Below, one piece after another: positions 18,797 through 28,442 of a stretch of DNA of 64,000 bases. The stretch is taken from assembly GCA_036229005.1 (NCBI GenBank), contig JAZAMN010000057.1:45910-109909 (forward strand). The letters run 5' to 3'. The notes under the pieces were generated by a model that was given only the letters and a program-made list of their open reading frames with translations, ran no database searches and was not told the DNA's origin. Within the stretch, counting starts at the first letter, position 1. Each line of letters opens with the position of its first letter. A program made the position numbers and the translations under genes. The stretch is from Myxococcota bacterium (GTDB taxonomy: Bacteria; Myxococcota_A; UBA796; CAJQPC01).

Positions 18797-20031
18797 TGCT
18801 CACCCTCCTGGCCTCTCTGGCCTGCACCAAAGCCGACGATCCCGGCACCGACGAGGTCACCTGGACGCAGGACGTGCAGCCCTTGATGGCGCAGCACTGC
18901 CTGCGCTGCCACACCGCGGGCGCCATGAGCCCCCTGACCCTGGACAGCTACGAACAGGCCAGCGTGATCGCGGGCACCATCGCGGAGTCCGTGAGCGAGC
19001 GGCGCATGCCCCCCCACATCGCCGACAACTCCGGCGCCTGCCAGACCTACCAGGACCACGGCCAGTGGCTGGAGGACGACGCCATCGCGGCTTTCGTGGA
19101 CTGGGCCGAGGCCGGCGCCCCCCAAGGTCCCGAGCAGGAGCCCGTGGCGGCCGTCCAGACCCAGGGGCTGCAGGACCCCAGCGCCGTGCTCGCGCCGCCC
19201 CAGCCCTACGCCCCGGACTTCTCGGGCGGCGACGACTGGCGCTGCTTTGTGCTGGAGGTCAACCCCGGCACCGAGACCCGCTACCTGCAGGCCTACGAGG
19301 TGATCCCCGAGCGGGTCGAGCGCGTCCACCACGTCACCCTGTTCAAGCCCATCAACAGCCAGACCGCGGACATCGCCCGGGGGCTGGATGACGGCGGCGG
19401 CTACACCTGCTTTGGGGACGCCGGCGTGCCCGGCGCCCTGGTCGGGGTGTGGTCTGCGGGGAGGAGGACCTTCACCTACCCAGAGGGCACGGGTGTACCG
19501 ATCGAGCCTGGGATCCCCGTCATCATGCAGATCCACTACACCCCCGACGGCGAGGACGGGCTGGCCACGACCACCCGCATGGCCGTGCAGTTGGAAGACC
19601 AGGCCCGGCCGCTCTACCCCCTCTGGCTGCTCAACGACAACTTCACCCTCCAGCCGGACACCCCCGACCAGTGGGACAGCGAGTCCGGCACCATCCGGGA
19701 GGCGCTCAACGAGTTCAGCCTCTACGACGTGCAGGGGGAGCTGGAGGTCATCGGGACCGCCGGGCACATGCACCTGCTGGGCAGCGCGCTGCACATCGAC
19801 ATCGAGCACGAGAGCGGCGGGGAGACCTGCCTGCTGGACATCCGCCGCTTTGACTACAACTGGCACGATGTCTTCCTGCTGGAGACCCCCGTGCCCGTGA
19901 CGGACCGGGACACCATCCAGATGGACTGCGCCTGGGACACCACGGGCGTGGACCAGACCGTGTCCTGGGGCGACGGCATCGACGAAGAGATGTGCGTGGC
20001 GCTGCTGCTGACCAGCCCCAGAGAGGACTGA
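18796..20031 (+). CDS. Copper type II monooxygenase-like lipoprotein with an N-terminal heme c motif
   Basis: Lipobox SLAC; CLRCH plus RMPP (cytochrome c); VHH, MQIHY, GHMHLLG and EEMC copper-site motifs. Confidence 0.75.
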   Translation: MLTLLASLACTKADDPGTDEVTWTQDVQPLMAQHCLRCHTAGAMSPLTLDSYEQASVIAGTIAESVSERRMPPHIADNSGACQTYQDHGQWLEDDAIAAFVDWAEAGAPQGPEQEPVAAVQTQGLQDPSAVLAPPQPYAPDFSGGDDWRCFVLEVNPGTETRYLQAYEVIPERVERVHHVTLFKPINSQTADIARGLDDGGGYTCFGDAGVPGALVGVWSAGRRTFTYPEGTGVPIEPGIPVIMQIHYTPDGEDGLATTTRMAVQLEDQARPLYPLWLLNDNFTLQPDTPDQWDSESGTIREALNEFSLYDVQGELEVIGTAGHMHLLGSALHIDIEHESGGETCLLDIRRFDYNWHDVFLLETPVPVTDRDTIQMDCAWDTTGVDQTVSWGDGIDEEMCVALLLTSPRED

Positions 20032-20104
20032 GCGCTCGCTGCTGGCTTCGCTGGCGCGTCCGGTGGCCCAGGCCGCCCACCCCGGAGAGTGAGCGGCCCA
20101 ACCC

Positions 20105-20434
20105 TCAGCTCCGGGTGCGCTCGGTGTAGAGCGCGGCGGCCTCGGGGTCCAGGGAGACCTCGTACATCAGGGCCTCCAGGTCAGCCTGGCTCAGGCCCTT
20201 CTCCTTCAAGATGGCCTCGGCGCTGTCGGGCTCGGCCTTGATGGCCTTGGCGACCGAGATCGCCAGCTCCAGGCGCTCAGCGTCCATCTTGGGGGTGGTG
20301 GCCGGGGTCTCCGGCACCTTGGCCTCCGGCGCGGGGGGCGCCGGGGTGGTGGCCGGGGTCTCAGGCGTGGGCGCCGGGGTCTCTCCCCCGGTGCAGCCCA
20401 GCGCGGCGAACAGGACAAAGAGGAGCGTGCTCAC
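20105..20434 (-). CDS. Hypothetical lipoprotein
   Basis: LGC lipobox, Pro/Thr-rich linker and helical C-terminus; GTG overlaps the upstream stop. Confidence 0.65.
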   Translation of the reverse strand: MSTLLFVLFAALGCTGGETPAPTPETPATTPAPPAPEAKVPETPATTPKMDAERLELAISVAKAIKAEPDSAEAILKEKGLSQADLEALMYEVSLDPEAAALYTERTRS

Positions 20435-21114
20435 TTGTTGCCTCCACGGCGGTCGGATCCACCTGCAGCGCCGCCCGCTGGGGCGTCGGTGCCAGCCTTG
20501 CCGCCCTTGCGCTCAGAGGGCGGGGCCTCCGGGGGCTTGCCCCCCTTGCGCCCAGAGCTCGGGTCCGAAGGGCGCCCCTCGGGGGCCACCCCATCCGGGG
20601 AGTCCTTGGGCTCGGGCTTGCCCTTGCCTTCGGGCGCCCCCTTCCCATCGGGCGGTCCCTTGTCGTTGCTCACGTCGCCGTCGGGCTTGCCCTCGTGCAT
20701 CTTGCCCTTGCCGTGGGCGCGGTGCTCCTCGTGGATGGCGTCGGCCAGGTCGTTGCCGCGCTTGCCCTCCTTGAGCTGTCCCTGCACAAAGGCCCCGAAG
20801 TTGTCGGTGGGCCCATGCTCCCGGGCGGCCTGGTTGGCCTGCTCCATGGTCTGGGCGGCCTCGGCGGCGGGGACACCGGCCTCCTGCATCGAGCGCAGGG
20901 CCTGGCCCGTATCTGCCTCGCTGGCACCCGATTGCCGATAGCGGTCCGCGGCGGACGGGAGCTCCAGGAGTTGCAGGATCTCGGGCTTGGCGGCCAGATC
21001 TCCGTTCTCCGAAGAAGGGGGGGCCTGCTCCTCGGCGGCGGGAGCGTCGGCCTCTCCCTCCTGGGCCAGGGCGGGCGCGCTCAAGGCGAGCATCAACATC
21101 CAGGGTCCGGTCAT
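20431..21114 (-). CDS. Hypothetical secreted protein with a G/K/P-rich tail
   Basis: Signal peptide ..APALA-Q; RBS AAGGAGG upstream. Confidence 0.65.
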   Translation of the reverse strand: MTGPWMLMLALSAPALAQEGEADAPAAEEQAPPSSENGDLAAKPEILQLLELPSAADRYRQSGASEADTGQALRSMQEAGVPAAEAAQTMEQANQAAREHGPTDNFGAFVQGQLKEGKRGNDLADAIHEEHRAHGKGKMHEGKPDGDVSNDKGPPDGKGAPEGKGKPEPKDSPDGVAPEGRPSDPSSGRKGGKPPEAPPSERKGGKAGTDAPAGGAAGGSDRRGGNK

Positions 21115-21179
21115 TCGGTCCTCCTTGCGGCGTCAAGACTAGCACAGCGGGGGGCCGAAATCAGTGATACGCCAATGTC

Positions 21180-21995
21180 ATGCCCAACATCGAACCCGGC
21201 TACGACTTCGGTGACGCCCGCTTTGACCTCGCCGATGCCCGAGATCGCGAGATCGTGCGCTTCATCCTCTCCCAAGCCCTCTTTGGTGAGGCCACCGGTG
21301 TCTACTGCGGGAAGAGCCTCTACCAGGCCCGCTCCCTGGAGGCCGCGCGCTTCTACCTGCGTCAGGCGCGCCAGGAGCTCAACCACCTGGAGCACTTCGC
21401 GGAGATCTTCAGGCTGCTGGAGATGGAGCCGGAGCCCGGTCACTGGGTGATCCGGCTGATGTCGTCGCACAACAACTACTACCCGCTCAAGGTGCTCATG
21501 GAGCACGCCATCGGCGAGGGCATGGTGCTCGACATCTTCAAGGACGTGCTGCTGCAGACCCTGCCCGACGACCACCCCGGCGTCGACAAGGTCAAGAAGC
21601 GCCTGCGCGCCATCGCGATGGAGGAGGTCGAGCACGTGGAGTGGGGCGAGAAGGAGACCCGGTACAACCTGGAGAAGTCCCCCTGGCTCAAGTGGCCCTA
21701 CTACGGCCTGCTGGAGCTGCAGCTCCTGGTCGCGCCCTTGATCCTCAAGCCCTACCAGAGAGAGTCCGAAGGGCACCCTGTGCTGTCCCACCTGCCCGCG
21801 TTCGTCGACCACGTCAGCCAGCGCGTGTGGAAGCAGGGCCAGGACATGGGGTTTGTCCCCGCTGAGCGGCCCGGGCTGCTCACCCGCCTGTTCGCGATGA
21901 CCGCCGGCGCGCTGCTCTTCCTGCGCTCGCAGGTGGCCAAGGCGGACTCCACCCTGGACAAGACCTACCTGTCGGAGCTGGGCTTTTCACGATGA
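21180..21995 (+). CDS. Ferritin-like di-iron protein
   Basis: GE...QELNH...GEG...EEVEH di-iron carboxylate pattern. Confidence 0.75.
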   Translation: MPNIEPGYDFGDARFDLADARDREIVRFILSQALFGEATGVYCGKSLYQARSLEAARFYLRQARQELNHLEHFAEIFRLLEMEPEPGHWVIRLMSSHNNYYPLKVLMEHAIGEGMVLDIFKDVLLQTLPDDHPGVDKVKKRLRAIAMEEVEHVEWGEKETRYNLEKSPWLKWPYYGLLELQLLVAPLILKPYQRESEGHPVLSHLPAFVDHVSQRVWKQGQDMGFVPAERPGLLTRLFAMTAGALLFLRSQVAKADSTLDKTYLSELGFSR

Positions 21996-22477
21996 CGCTG
22001 TTGTGGGGACTGCTGGCCTGCCTGGGCCCTTGGGAAGACACGGACGCCGCCACCCTGCAGCTCGATCTGCCGGCCGAGGGCTCCGTCGAGGGCTACTTCA
22101 CCCTGCGCCTGACCGGCAGCACCACGGGCGGGGACACCGGCGGGGGCGGCAGCGACCAGGACGTGGACTTCCACGCCGACCTGAGCCTGCGCGGCGTCGA
22201 GCAGCCTGTGCGTGTGCTCTTCTACAGCGAGACCGCGGAGCTCGTGCCCCCCGTCACCGACCTGAGCGCCGACGGGAGCTGGAGCACCGCCACCCACCGC
22301 TGCGAGGTCCTGGCCGGCACCACCACCGAGTGCTGGCAGGACTACCGCGTGCGGGTGGAGTCCAGCCCCGGCGCCCTGCCCCAGACCCTGATGCTGGACG
22401 TGGTCGCGCAGGCCCAGGGGGAGGAGGGGAGCTGGGATGATCTCCAGGATGCCTTCCTCACCGTGGAGACACCGTGA
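21992..22477 (+). CDS. Hypothetical lipoprotein
   Basis: MTLLWGLLAC; ATGA overlap with the upstream gene. Confidence 0.65.
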   Translation: MTLLWGLLACLGPWEDTDAATLQLDLPAEGSVEGYFTLRLTGSTTGGDTGGGGSDQDVDFHADLSLRGVEQPVRVLFYSETAELVPPVTDLSADGSWSTATHRCEVLAGTTTECWQDYRVRVESSPGALPQTLMLDVVAQAQGEEGSWDDLQDAFLTVETP

Positions 22478-22923
22478 TCCTCTTTCTGCTGGCCTGCAAG
22501 CCCACCTACAGCGAGGTCACCAGTGCGCAGGGCCCGGTCGTGGTGCTGGACGCCGAGACCCCCGAGCAGCGCATGGAGTGGAGCGCCTCGCTGCAGGCCG
22601 AGTCCCCCAAGGTGATGGACGCCACCCTGTGGGTGTGGTTCGAGGCCACTTGGGAGGGCTCCGGTGCCCTCCGGGCCTTCTATCAGGGCGTGGAGCTGGC
22701 CCCCCAGCCCGTCGAGGACACCCAGCTCCTCTCCCTGGGCGCCCTGGAGACCGACTGCGTGGACGACGAGGTCATCCTCTGCGAGCTCTCCGGCACCGTG
22801 ACCGTGCAGCTCCTCCAGGGCGAGTCCGTGGAGCTCACGCCCGTGCTGTGGGTGGAGGCGGAGATGGGCCGGCCGGCGGAGGAGAAGCTGGAGGGGGTGG
22901 AGCTGGTTGGGGTGTTGGAGTAG
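22474..22923 (+). CDS. Hypothetical lipoprotein
   Basis: MILFLLAC; GTGA overlap. Confidence 0.65.
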   Translation: MILFLLACKPTYSEVTSAQGPVVVLDAETPEQRMEWSASLQAESPKVMDATLWVWFEATWEGSGALRAFYQGVELAPQPVEDTQLLSLGALETDCVDDEVILCELSGTVTVQLLQGESVELTPVLWVEAEMGRPAEEKLEGVELVGVLE

Positions 22924-22933
22924 CGGTGCCTTG

Positions 22934-23551
22934 ATGCTCGTTCTCCTCCTGCCCGGGTGCTTCTTCGGCCAAGAACCGGACACGATCTTCCCCTGCGACT
23001 ACACCGCCGAACAGGCCGGGTGGGACCAGGAGGTGCTCGGAACCACGGCGAGCGCCCTGCTCGCAGACTGGGAGGGAGCGCACCACTACATCGCGGTGGG
23101 CGTGCCCGACTCCAGTCGGCCAGCCCCTGCAGACTGGATGACCGGGTGGACCGTCACCCTGGAATCCAGCGGTCCCCCAAGCGTCCGCGAGTCCTTTGAC
23201 TGCGCGCCCCACCTGTCCGTGCCTGTGCGCTGGACCTTGGCGCTGGACAACAGGGCCATCTCCCAACAGGGAGACGGAGCGACCGTACAGGAGAGCCCGT
23301 TCAATCACGGAGAGCTGCGCGCTCTCGGTCCCGAGCGCTCCGACCAGCGCCTGCGGCTGAACACACTGGAGGACGCCGGAGAAGCCGGCGAGGCCTTCTA
23401 CTGGAGCTACCCCGAGTTCAAGCGCAACCAGGCGCCCACACTGAGCCTGTCGGGCACCGGCGATGTGGCTGAGCTGTACGGGAGCTACCGCCACAGCGAG
23501 ACCCTCATTGCCTCCTTCCGGCTCCAGGGCGTTCGGGAGCCGACCCCATGA
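22934..23551 (+). CDS. Hypothetical lipoprotein
   Basis: MLVLLLPGC; start 10 nt after the upstream stop. Confidence 0.6.
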   Translation: MLVLLLPGCFFGQEPDTIFPCDYTAEQAGWDQEVLGTTASALLADWEGAHHYIAVGVPDSSRPAPADWMTGWTVTLESSGPPSVRESFDCAPHLSVPVRWTLALDNRAISQQGDGATVQESPFNHGELRALGPERSDQRLRLNTLEDAGEAGEAFYWSYPEFKRNQAPTLSLSGTGDVAELYGSYRHSETLIASFRLQGVREPTP

Positions 23552-24123
23552 TCTGGCTGCTCGTGGCCTGTCTGGCCTCCCCGACGCCTGCTCCTTGTGG
23601 ACCCTCGGAGTCCGTGTCGCCCGACGACGACTCCCTGGGCTACTCCGCCCAAGACCTGTGGGAGGGCGTCGGGGCTGAGTGGTTCCTGGAGCCCACGTGG
23701 TCCACCACCCCACTGACTGAGCTGCACCCCACCCTGACGGTCACCGGTCCCATCAGCGAGGCCACCCTGGTGGAGACGCCCAGCGACTGCCGACCCAGCC
23801 TGCGTGCGCAGGCCCCCGTGACCCTGGACCTGGGCGAGCAGTCCGGCGTGGTCCTGGAGGGCACCGCGGTGCTCTCGGGGACTCCGAACGCCCCTCACCT
23901 GTCTGCTGCGTTGGAGACCCAGGAGCTGGACGAGAGCACAAACGCGTGGCTCACCCAACAGCGGAACGCGCTGCACGACACACCAGAGGCCGCCGAACGC
24001 ACCCTCTGGACGCTGCGCGTGCTGGTGCATGGCACCCAAGAGCAGGGTGCGGTTCATGTGTTGGACGCAACCGCGAGCCACGAGCGGGATGGCGCCGAGA
24101 TGGTGCTGTCGGGGAGCTGGTAG
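23548..24123 (+). CDS. Hypothetical lipoprotein
   Basis: MIWLLVAC; ATGA overlap; weak similarity to the preceding gene (LG.SA..L, T...GP.S and C.P.L...V.L.L). Confidence 0.6.
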   Translation: MIWLLVACLASPTPAPCGPSESVSPDDDSLGYSAQDLWEGVGAEWFLEPTWSTTPLTELHPTLTVTGPISEATLVETPSDCRPSLRAQAPVTLDLGEQSGVVLEGTAVLSGTPNAPHLSAALETQELDESTNAWLTQQRNALHDTPEAAERTLWTLRVLVHGTQEQGAVHVLDATASHERDGAEMVLSGSW

Positions 24124-24178
24124 CACCCGGCCTCCCGGCGTCCGCTGGGGCTCAGGGGGGTCGCGAGCCCCCCCTACA
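24124..24178 (-). repeat. REP-like palindrome (family C) between convergent genes
   Basis: Minus strand TGTAG-GGGGGGC-TCGC-GACCCCCC-TGA, i.e. a GTAG foot plus hairpin; related copies at 48055, 48247, 60415 and 60946. Confidence 0.65.
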
Positions 24179-26594
24179 TAAGATGCCTCGGATCCACATC
24201 CAGCGACACCCGCACCCCCTTCCCCGGGTGACTCAGGTCCACCCCGCGCAGCCACCGCCGAAAGGCGCGGGGGTCGTTGCCGCGGAGCATGATCTGGTAG
24301 CGCCAGCGGCCGACGAGGCGGGGCATGGCGGCCTGGGCGGGGCCCAGGACCTCGATGGTCTTGCCATCGCAGGTGGCCCGGAGGCGGCGAAGCAGGGTCC
24401 AGGAGGCGTCCAGGGCCTGCTGCTGGACGCTGCCCTCGACGCGGAGCAGAGCCAGGCGGGCGACGGGGGGGTAGCGCAGCAGCTCCCGGTGCTTGATCTC
24501 CTCGGCGGCGAAGTCGGCGTAGTCGCCCAGGAGCTGGAAGACGTAGTGCCCGCCGTTTGAGGTCTGCACCATCATGCGACCGGCCCTATCCCCGCGGCCG
24601 GCGCGGCCCCCGAGCTGGGTGAGCAGGGCGAAGCTGCGCTCGGCGGCCCGGAAGTCGGGCATGCGCAGGACGTGGTCGGCGCCCAGCACGACGGCCAGGG
24701 AGACGTCGGGGAAGTCGTGGCCCTTGGCGACGATCTGGGTGCCCACGAGCAGCCGTGCCTCGCCTTTGCGGAAGGTCTCGAGGATCTCGAAGTGGGCCCC
24801 CCGTGCGGCGGTGGTGTCCGCGTCCATGCGGGCTACGGGCACCTCTGGAAACATCTCGACCAACACCTGCTCGATGCGCTCAGTGCCCTTGCCCATGACC
24901 TCCAAGGTGCCGCCGCAGGCCGGGCAGTCATCGACCATGCGCCGGTGGAAGCCGCAGTAGTGGCAGCTCAGGGTGGCCTTGGAGCGGTGCAGGACCAGGG
25001 AGACCCCGCAAGACGGGCAGCTATAGGCGGACCCGCAGTCGCCACACTCGACCAGGGTGGCGAAGCCGCGGCGGTTGTAGAGCACGATGGCCTGGCCACC
25101 CTCGGCGAAGCACTGGGTGAGGGCGTGGCGCACAGGCTCGGAGACGATGGGGCGGCGGCCGTCCTCGTCGCGGGGCTGCTGGGTCATGTCGACCAGCTCG
25201 ACGGTGGGGACGGGCCGGGGGGTGGGCCGCTCCAGGAGCTGGATGAGGCCGTAGCGGTCGGCCTGGGCGTTGTGCCAGCTCTCCAGGCTGGGGGTCGCGG
25301 AGCCCAGGACCACGGGGCACTTGGACATGCCGCCGCGCACGACGGCCAGGTCGCGGGCGTTGTAGCGCACGCCGTCGTCCTGCTTGTAGGAGTCGTCGTG
25401 CTCTTCGTCCACGATGAGCAGGCCCAGGTCCTGGAAGGGGGCGAAGAGCGCGGAGCGGGCCCCCACGGCGACCTGCGCGACCTGCGCCCGGATGCGCCGC
25501 CACTCCTGCAGGCGCTGGGCGGGGGTGAGGCCGCTGTGGAGCACGGCCACGGAGTCCCCAAAGCGCGCCCTGAAGCGGCCGGTGAGCAAGGGGGTGAGCC
25601 CGATCTCCGGGACGAGCACCAGGACCTGCTGGCCGCGCTGGATGACCTCGGCGGCGGCGCGCAGGTAGACCTCGGTCTTGCCCGCGCCGGTGACGCCGTA
25701 GAGCAGGTGGGGGCGGGGCGGGCCCAGGATGGCGTCGACGGCGCCCTGCTGAGCGGGGGTGAGGGAGGGGGGCTCGCGGGTCTCCGGGAGCTCGCCGTGC
25801 ACCACCGGGTCATGGCGTTCGCGCAGCTCTTCTTGGAGCACCCCGGCATCGGCGAGGGACTTGGCAGCCGATCGGGCGTAGGGCCCCTGCTCGGCCTTGA
25901 GGCGGGACTGCGCCATGGCGCCGCCGGCGTCTGCGATGGCCTGGACCACGCCCTTCTGGCGCTTGCCGGCCTTGGGGAGCAGGGTGGGCAGCTCCTGGGG
26001 GGCGATCTGCAGCACCCACCAGGCCTCGGTGCCGCCGGTGCCGCCGGACACGCGCTCCTCGACCTCTACCCACTCCTTGCGGATCAGGGCCTCCAGGGCG
26101 CGCTCGCACTCCTTGGGCTCCAGGATCTCCCGCAGGCGGCGCTGCAGGCCCCGCTTGGTGAGGCCGGGGCGCTGGATGACCTCACGCAGGACCTCGCCGG
26201 GGTGTCCGGTGGCGGCGTTGAGCGCCAGGGCGTCCACGCCCTGCTCGCTGGCGATGTGGACGCGGCGCGAGCTGGCCTTGAGGCGGGCTGGGAGCGCGGT
26301 CGAGATGACCTCGCCGAGGCCAGAGCGGTAGTAATCGGCGATCCAGCGGAAGAGCTGGAGCTGGGTGGGGTCGAAGGCTGGCTCAGGGTCCAGCAGCCGC
26401 TCGATCTTCCGGGCCTTGCCCTTGGGAGGGGGCGGGACGTGGGGGCCGACGTCCAGCACGTAGCCGGTGACCTTGCGGGGGCCGAAGGGGGCCAACACGG
26501 CGTGACCGAGCGCCAACTGCCCCTGGAGGGCGGCGGGGACGGCGTAGGTGAAGGCCTCGTGTACGGGGAGGGCCATGGCGAGGGTGCAGAACAC
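24174..26594 (-). CDS. priA: Primosomal protein N' (replication restart helicase)
   Basis: GVTGAGKTEVY, LVPEIGLTP, DEEHD.SYKQ, GSATPSLES, NRRG, four CxxC pairs and GTQIVAKGHDFP. Confidence 0.97.
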   Translation of the reverse strand: MFCTLAMALPVHEAFTYAVPAALQGQLALGHAVLAPFGPRKVTGYVLDVGPHVPPPPKGKARKIERLLDPEPAFDPTQLQLFRWIADYYRSGLGEVISTALPARLKASSRRVHIASEQGVDALALNAATGHPGEVLREVIQRPGLTKRGLQRRLREILEPKECERALEALIRKEWVEVEERVSGGTGGTEAWWVLQIAPQELPTLLPKAGKRQKGVVQAIADAGGAMAQSRLKAEQGPYARSAAKSLADAGVLQEELRERHDPVVHGELPETREPPSLTPAQQGAVDAILGPPRPHLLYGVTGAGKTEVYLRAAAEVIQRGQQVLVLVPEIGLTPLLTGRFRARFGDSVAVLHSGLTPAQRLQEWRRIRAQVAQVAVGARSALFAPFQDLGLLIVDEEHDDSYKQDDGVRYNARDLAVVRGGMSKCPVVLGSATPSLESWHNAQADRYGLIQLLERPTPRPVPTVELVDMTQQPRDEDGRRPIVSEPVRHALTQCFAEGGQAIVLYNRRGFATLVECGDCGSAYSCPSCGVSLVLHRSKATLSCHYCGFHRRMVDDCPACGGTLEVMGKGTERIEQVLVEMFPEVPVARMDADTTAARGAHFEILETFRKGEARLLVGTQIVAKGHDFPDVSLAVVLGADHVLRMPDFRAAERSFALLTQLGGRAGRGDRAGRMMVQTSNGGHYVFQLLGDYADFAAEEIKHRELLRYPPVARLALLRVEGSVQQQALDASWTLLRRLRATCDGKTIEVLGPAQAAMPRLVGRWRYQIMLRGNDPRAFRRWLRGVDLSHPGKGVRVSLDVDPRHLM

Positions 26595-26652
26595 CCTGCG
26601 GGACTAACGCGGACTCACCCCGCCGACTCCGGACAGCCAGAGCACCCCGGGG

Positions 26653-27435
26653 CTATCTGCCGAGGATGTCCAGCAGCGCGTCCGCGAAGGCGTCCGGAGA
26701 CTCGCGGTGCATGAAGTGTCCGCCCTTCAAGGTGATCACCTGGTAGCCGGCCGGGAAGGCCTCGGGGGGGAGCTTGGAGAGGTCCTCCGGCGGGAGCAGG
26801 TCCAAGGTCCCCGCGAAGCTCCAGGTGGGCGTGGAGATGGGGGCGGTCAGCCAGTCGGTGTCCTCGTCGGCGGCCGCAGCTCGGTAGTAGCCCAGGGCAT
26901 TCTCCGGCCCAAGCGGTGCGGCGAAGCAGTTCTTGGCAGACTCCAGCTCCTCCACCCCGTAATCCCACTCGGGAGACCACCGCGAGGTGTACTTGCCCAC
27001 GCCCTGGAAGTCGTCGCGAGCGAAGCACGCCGGAGCCCGCCTCTGAACCAGCCCCACAAAGTGCCGGCCGCGCCAGTAGTCTCCCCCCGCGGGCTCCCAG
27101 TAGCCGGGGTGCGGGATCGCCAGCGTCACCAGGGTGTCCAGCCGGTCGGGCTCCTGGATGGCCGCGCTGTAGGCCGCCAGAGCGCCCCAGTCGTGGCCGA
27201 CCACGTGGACCCCCTGCCCTTGGTCGAGCAGCTCCACCAGCCCCAGGACGTCCTGGCCCAGGGTCTCCGCGCCGTAGTCGTCGCCGCTGGGGGCCTGGCT
27301 TGGCGCATAGCCACGCAGCCACGGACGAACCACGCGGTAGCCCGCATCGACCAGGGTGGGGGTCACCGCGTCCCAGGTGTGGGGTGTGTCCGGGAAGCCG
27401 TGGATCAGGAGCGTCCCAGAACCACCGGCGCTCAG
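26653..27435 (-). CDS. Alpha/beta hydrolase (epoxide-hydrolase-like); start codon uncertain
   Basis: LIHGFPD, LRGYAPS, VGHDWGA and GGHFMH.E.P. No ATG/GTG near the expected start; a CTG overlapping the galU stop is shown. Confidence 0.75.
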   Translation of the reverse strand: MSAGGSGTLLIHGFPDTPHTWDAVTPTLVDAGYRVVRPWLRGYAPSQAPSGDDYGAETLGQDVLGLVELLDQGQGVHVVGHDWGALAAYSAAIQEPDRLDTLVTLAIPHPGYWEPAGGDYWRGRHFVGLVQRRAPACFARDDFQGVGKYTSRWSPEWDYGVEELESAKNCFAAPLGPENALGYYRAAAADEDTDWLTAPISTPTWSFAGTLDLLPPEDLSKLPPEAFPAGYQVITLKGGHFMHRESPDAFADALLDILGR

Positions 27436-28304
27436 GGCTGCTGGAACTCCCGCAGGACTGCGCGCATGCCGTCGGCCAGGTCGGGGCGCTTGAGGGCGAA
27501 GTGGATGCTGGCGCGCATCAGCCCCAGGGTGTTGCCGGTGTCGAAGCGGTCGCCCTGGAACTCCAGGCCCCACGCCTGACCCCGTCCGGCGAGCACGGCC
27601 AGGGCGTCGGTGAGCTGGATCTCGCCGCCGCGGCCGCGGGGGGTGGTGTCCAGGATCTCCAGGATCTCGCCGGGCAGCACGTAGCGGCCGACGATGGAGT
27701 AGGTGCTGGGGGCGTCGGCGGGCTCGGGCTTCTCGACCATGCCCGAGACGTGCATGAGCCCGGGGCCGACCATCTGACCGTCGCAGATGCCGTAGCGGTT
27801 GGTCTGCTCGCGGGGGACGTCCATGAGCGCGACCACGCAGCCGCCGCGCTCGCGCTGGACCTCCAGGAGCTGACCGATCGCGGGGGTCTCGGCGTCGATG
27901 ATGTCGTCGCCCAAGAGCACCGCGAAGTCCTCGTCTGGGCCGACGATGCCCTTGGCCTGGTGGACGGCGTGACCCAACCCCAGGCGTTGCACCTGCCGGA
28001 CCGAGACCACCTTGGCCAGCTCGCCGACCCGCTTGACCTCCCGCAGATAGTCGAGCTTGCCGGCGGCTTCGAGCTGCGCCTCCAGGAAGAAGTCGCGGTG
28101 GAAGTAGTCCTCGATCGCGCCCTTGCCAGCGCCGGTGACGAAGATGAGCTCGTGCAGACCGGCCTCGACGGCCTCGGCGACGATGTACTCCAGGCCCGGG
28201 CGGTCCACGACGGGGAGCATCTCCTTGGGCACGGACTTGGTGACCGGGAGGAAGCGGGTCCCCAGCCCGGCGACGGGCAGGACGGCCTTGGTGACGGCGG
28301 GCAT
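27432..28304 (-). CDS. galU: UTP--glucose-1-phosphate uridylyltransferase
   Basis: KAVLPVAGLGTRFLP.TK..PKEMLPVVD, LGLGHAV, LLGDD, VEKP and GEIQLTDA. Confidence 0.96.
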   Translation of the reverse strand: MPAVTKAVLPVAGLGTRFLPVTKSVPKEMLPVVDRPGLEYIVAEAVEAGLHELIFVTGAGKGAIEDYFHRDFFLEAQLEAAGKLDYLREVKRVGELAKVVSVRQVQRLGLGHAVHQAKGIVGPDEDFAVLLGDDIIDAETPAIGQLLEVQRERGGCVVALMDVPREQTNRYGICDGQMVGPGLMHVSGMVEKPEPADAPSTYSIVGRYVLPGEILEILDTTPRGRGGEIQLTDALAVLAGRGQAWGLEFQGDRFDTGNTLGLMRASIHFALKRPDLADGMRAVLREFQQP

Positions 28305-28442
28305 TGTGACCTCTCAGTTGACGACACCATAGCTGTGGACGCTGGATGTCTCAAGGAGGCTCGCAGAAGTTCCGAGGACACCCGAGAAACGCCAGGACTG
28401 GAGCGTGCCTGGGCCCCGGTGTGGAGCCCAGAGCGGCCTGCG

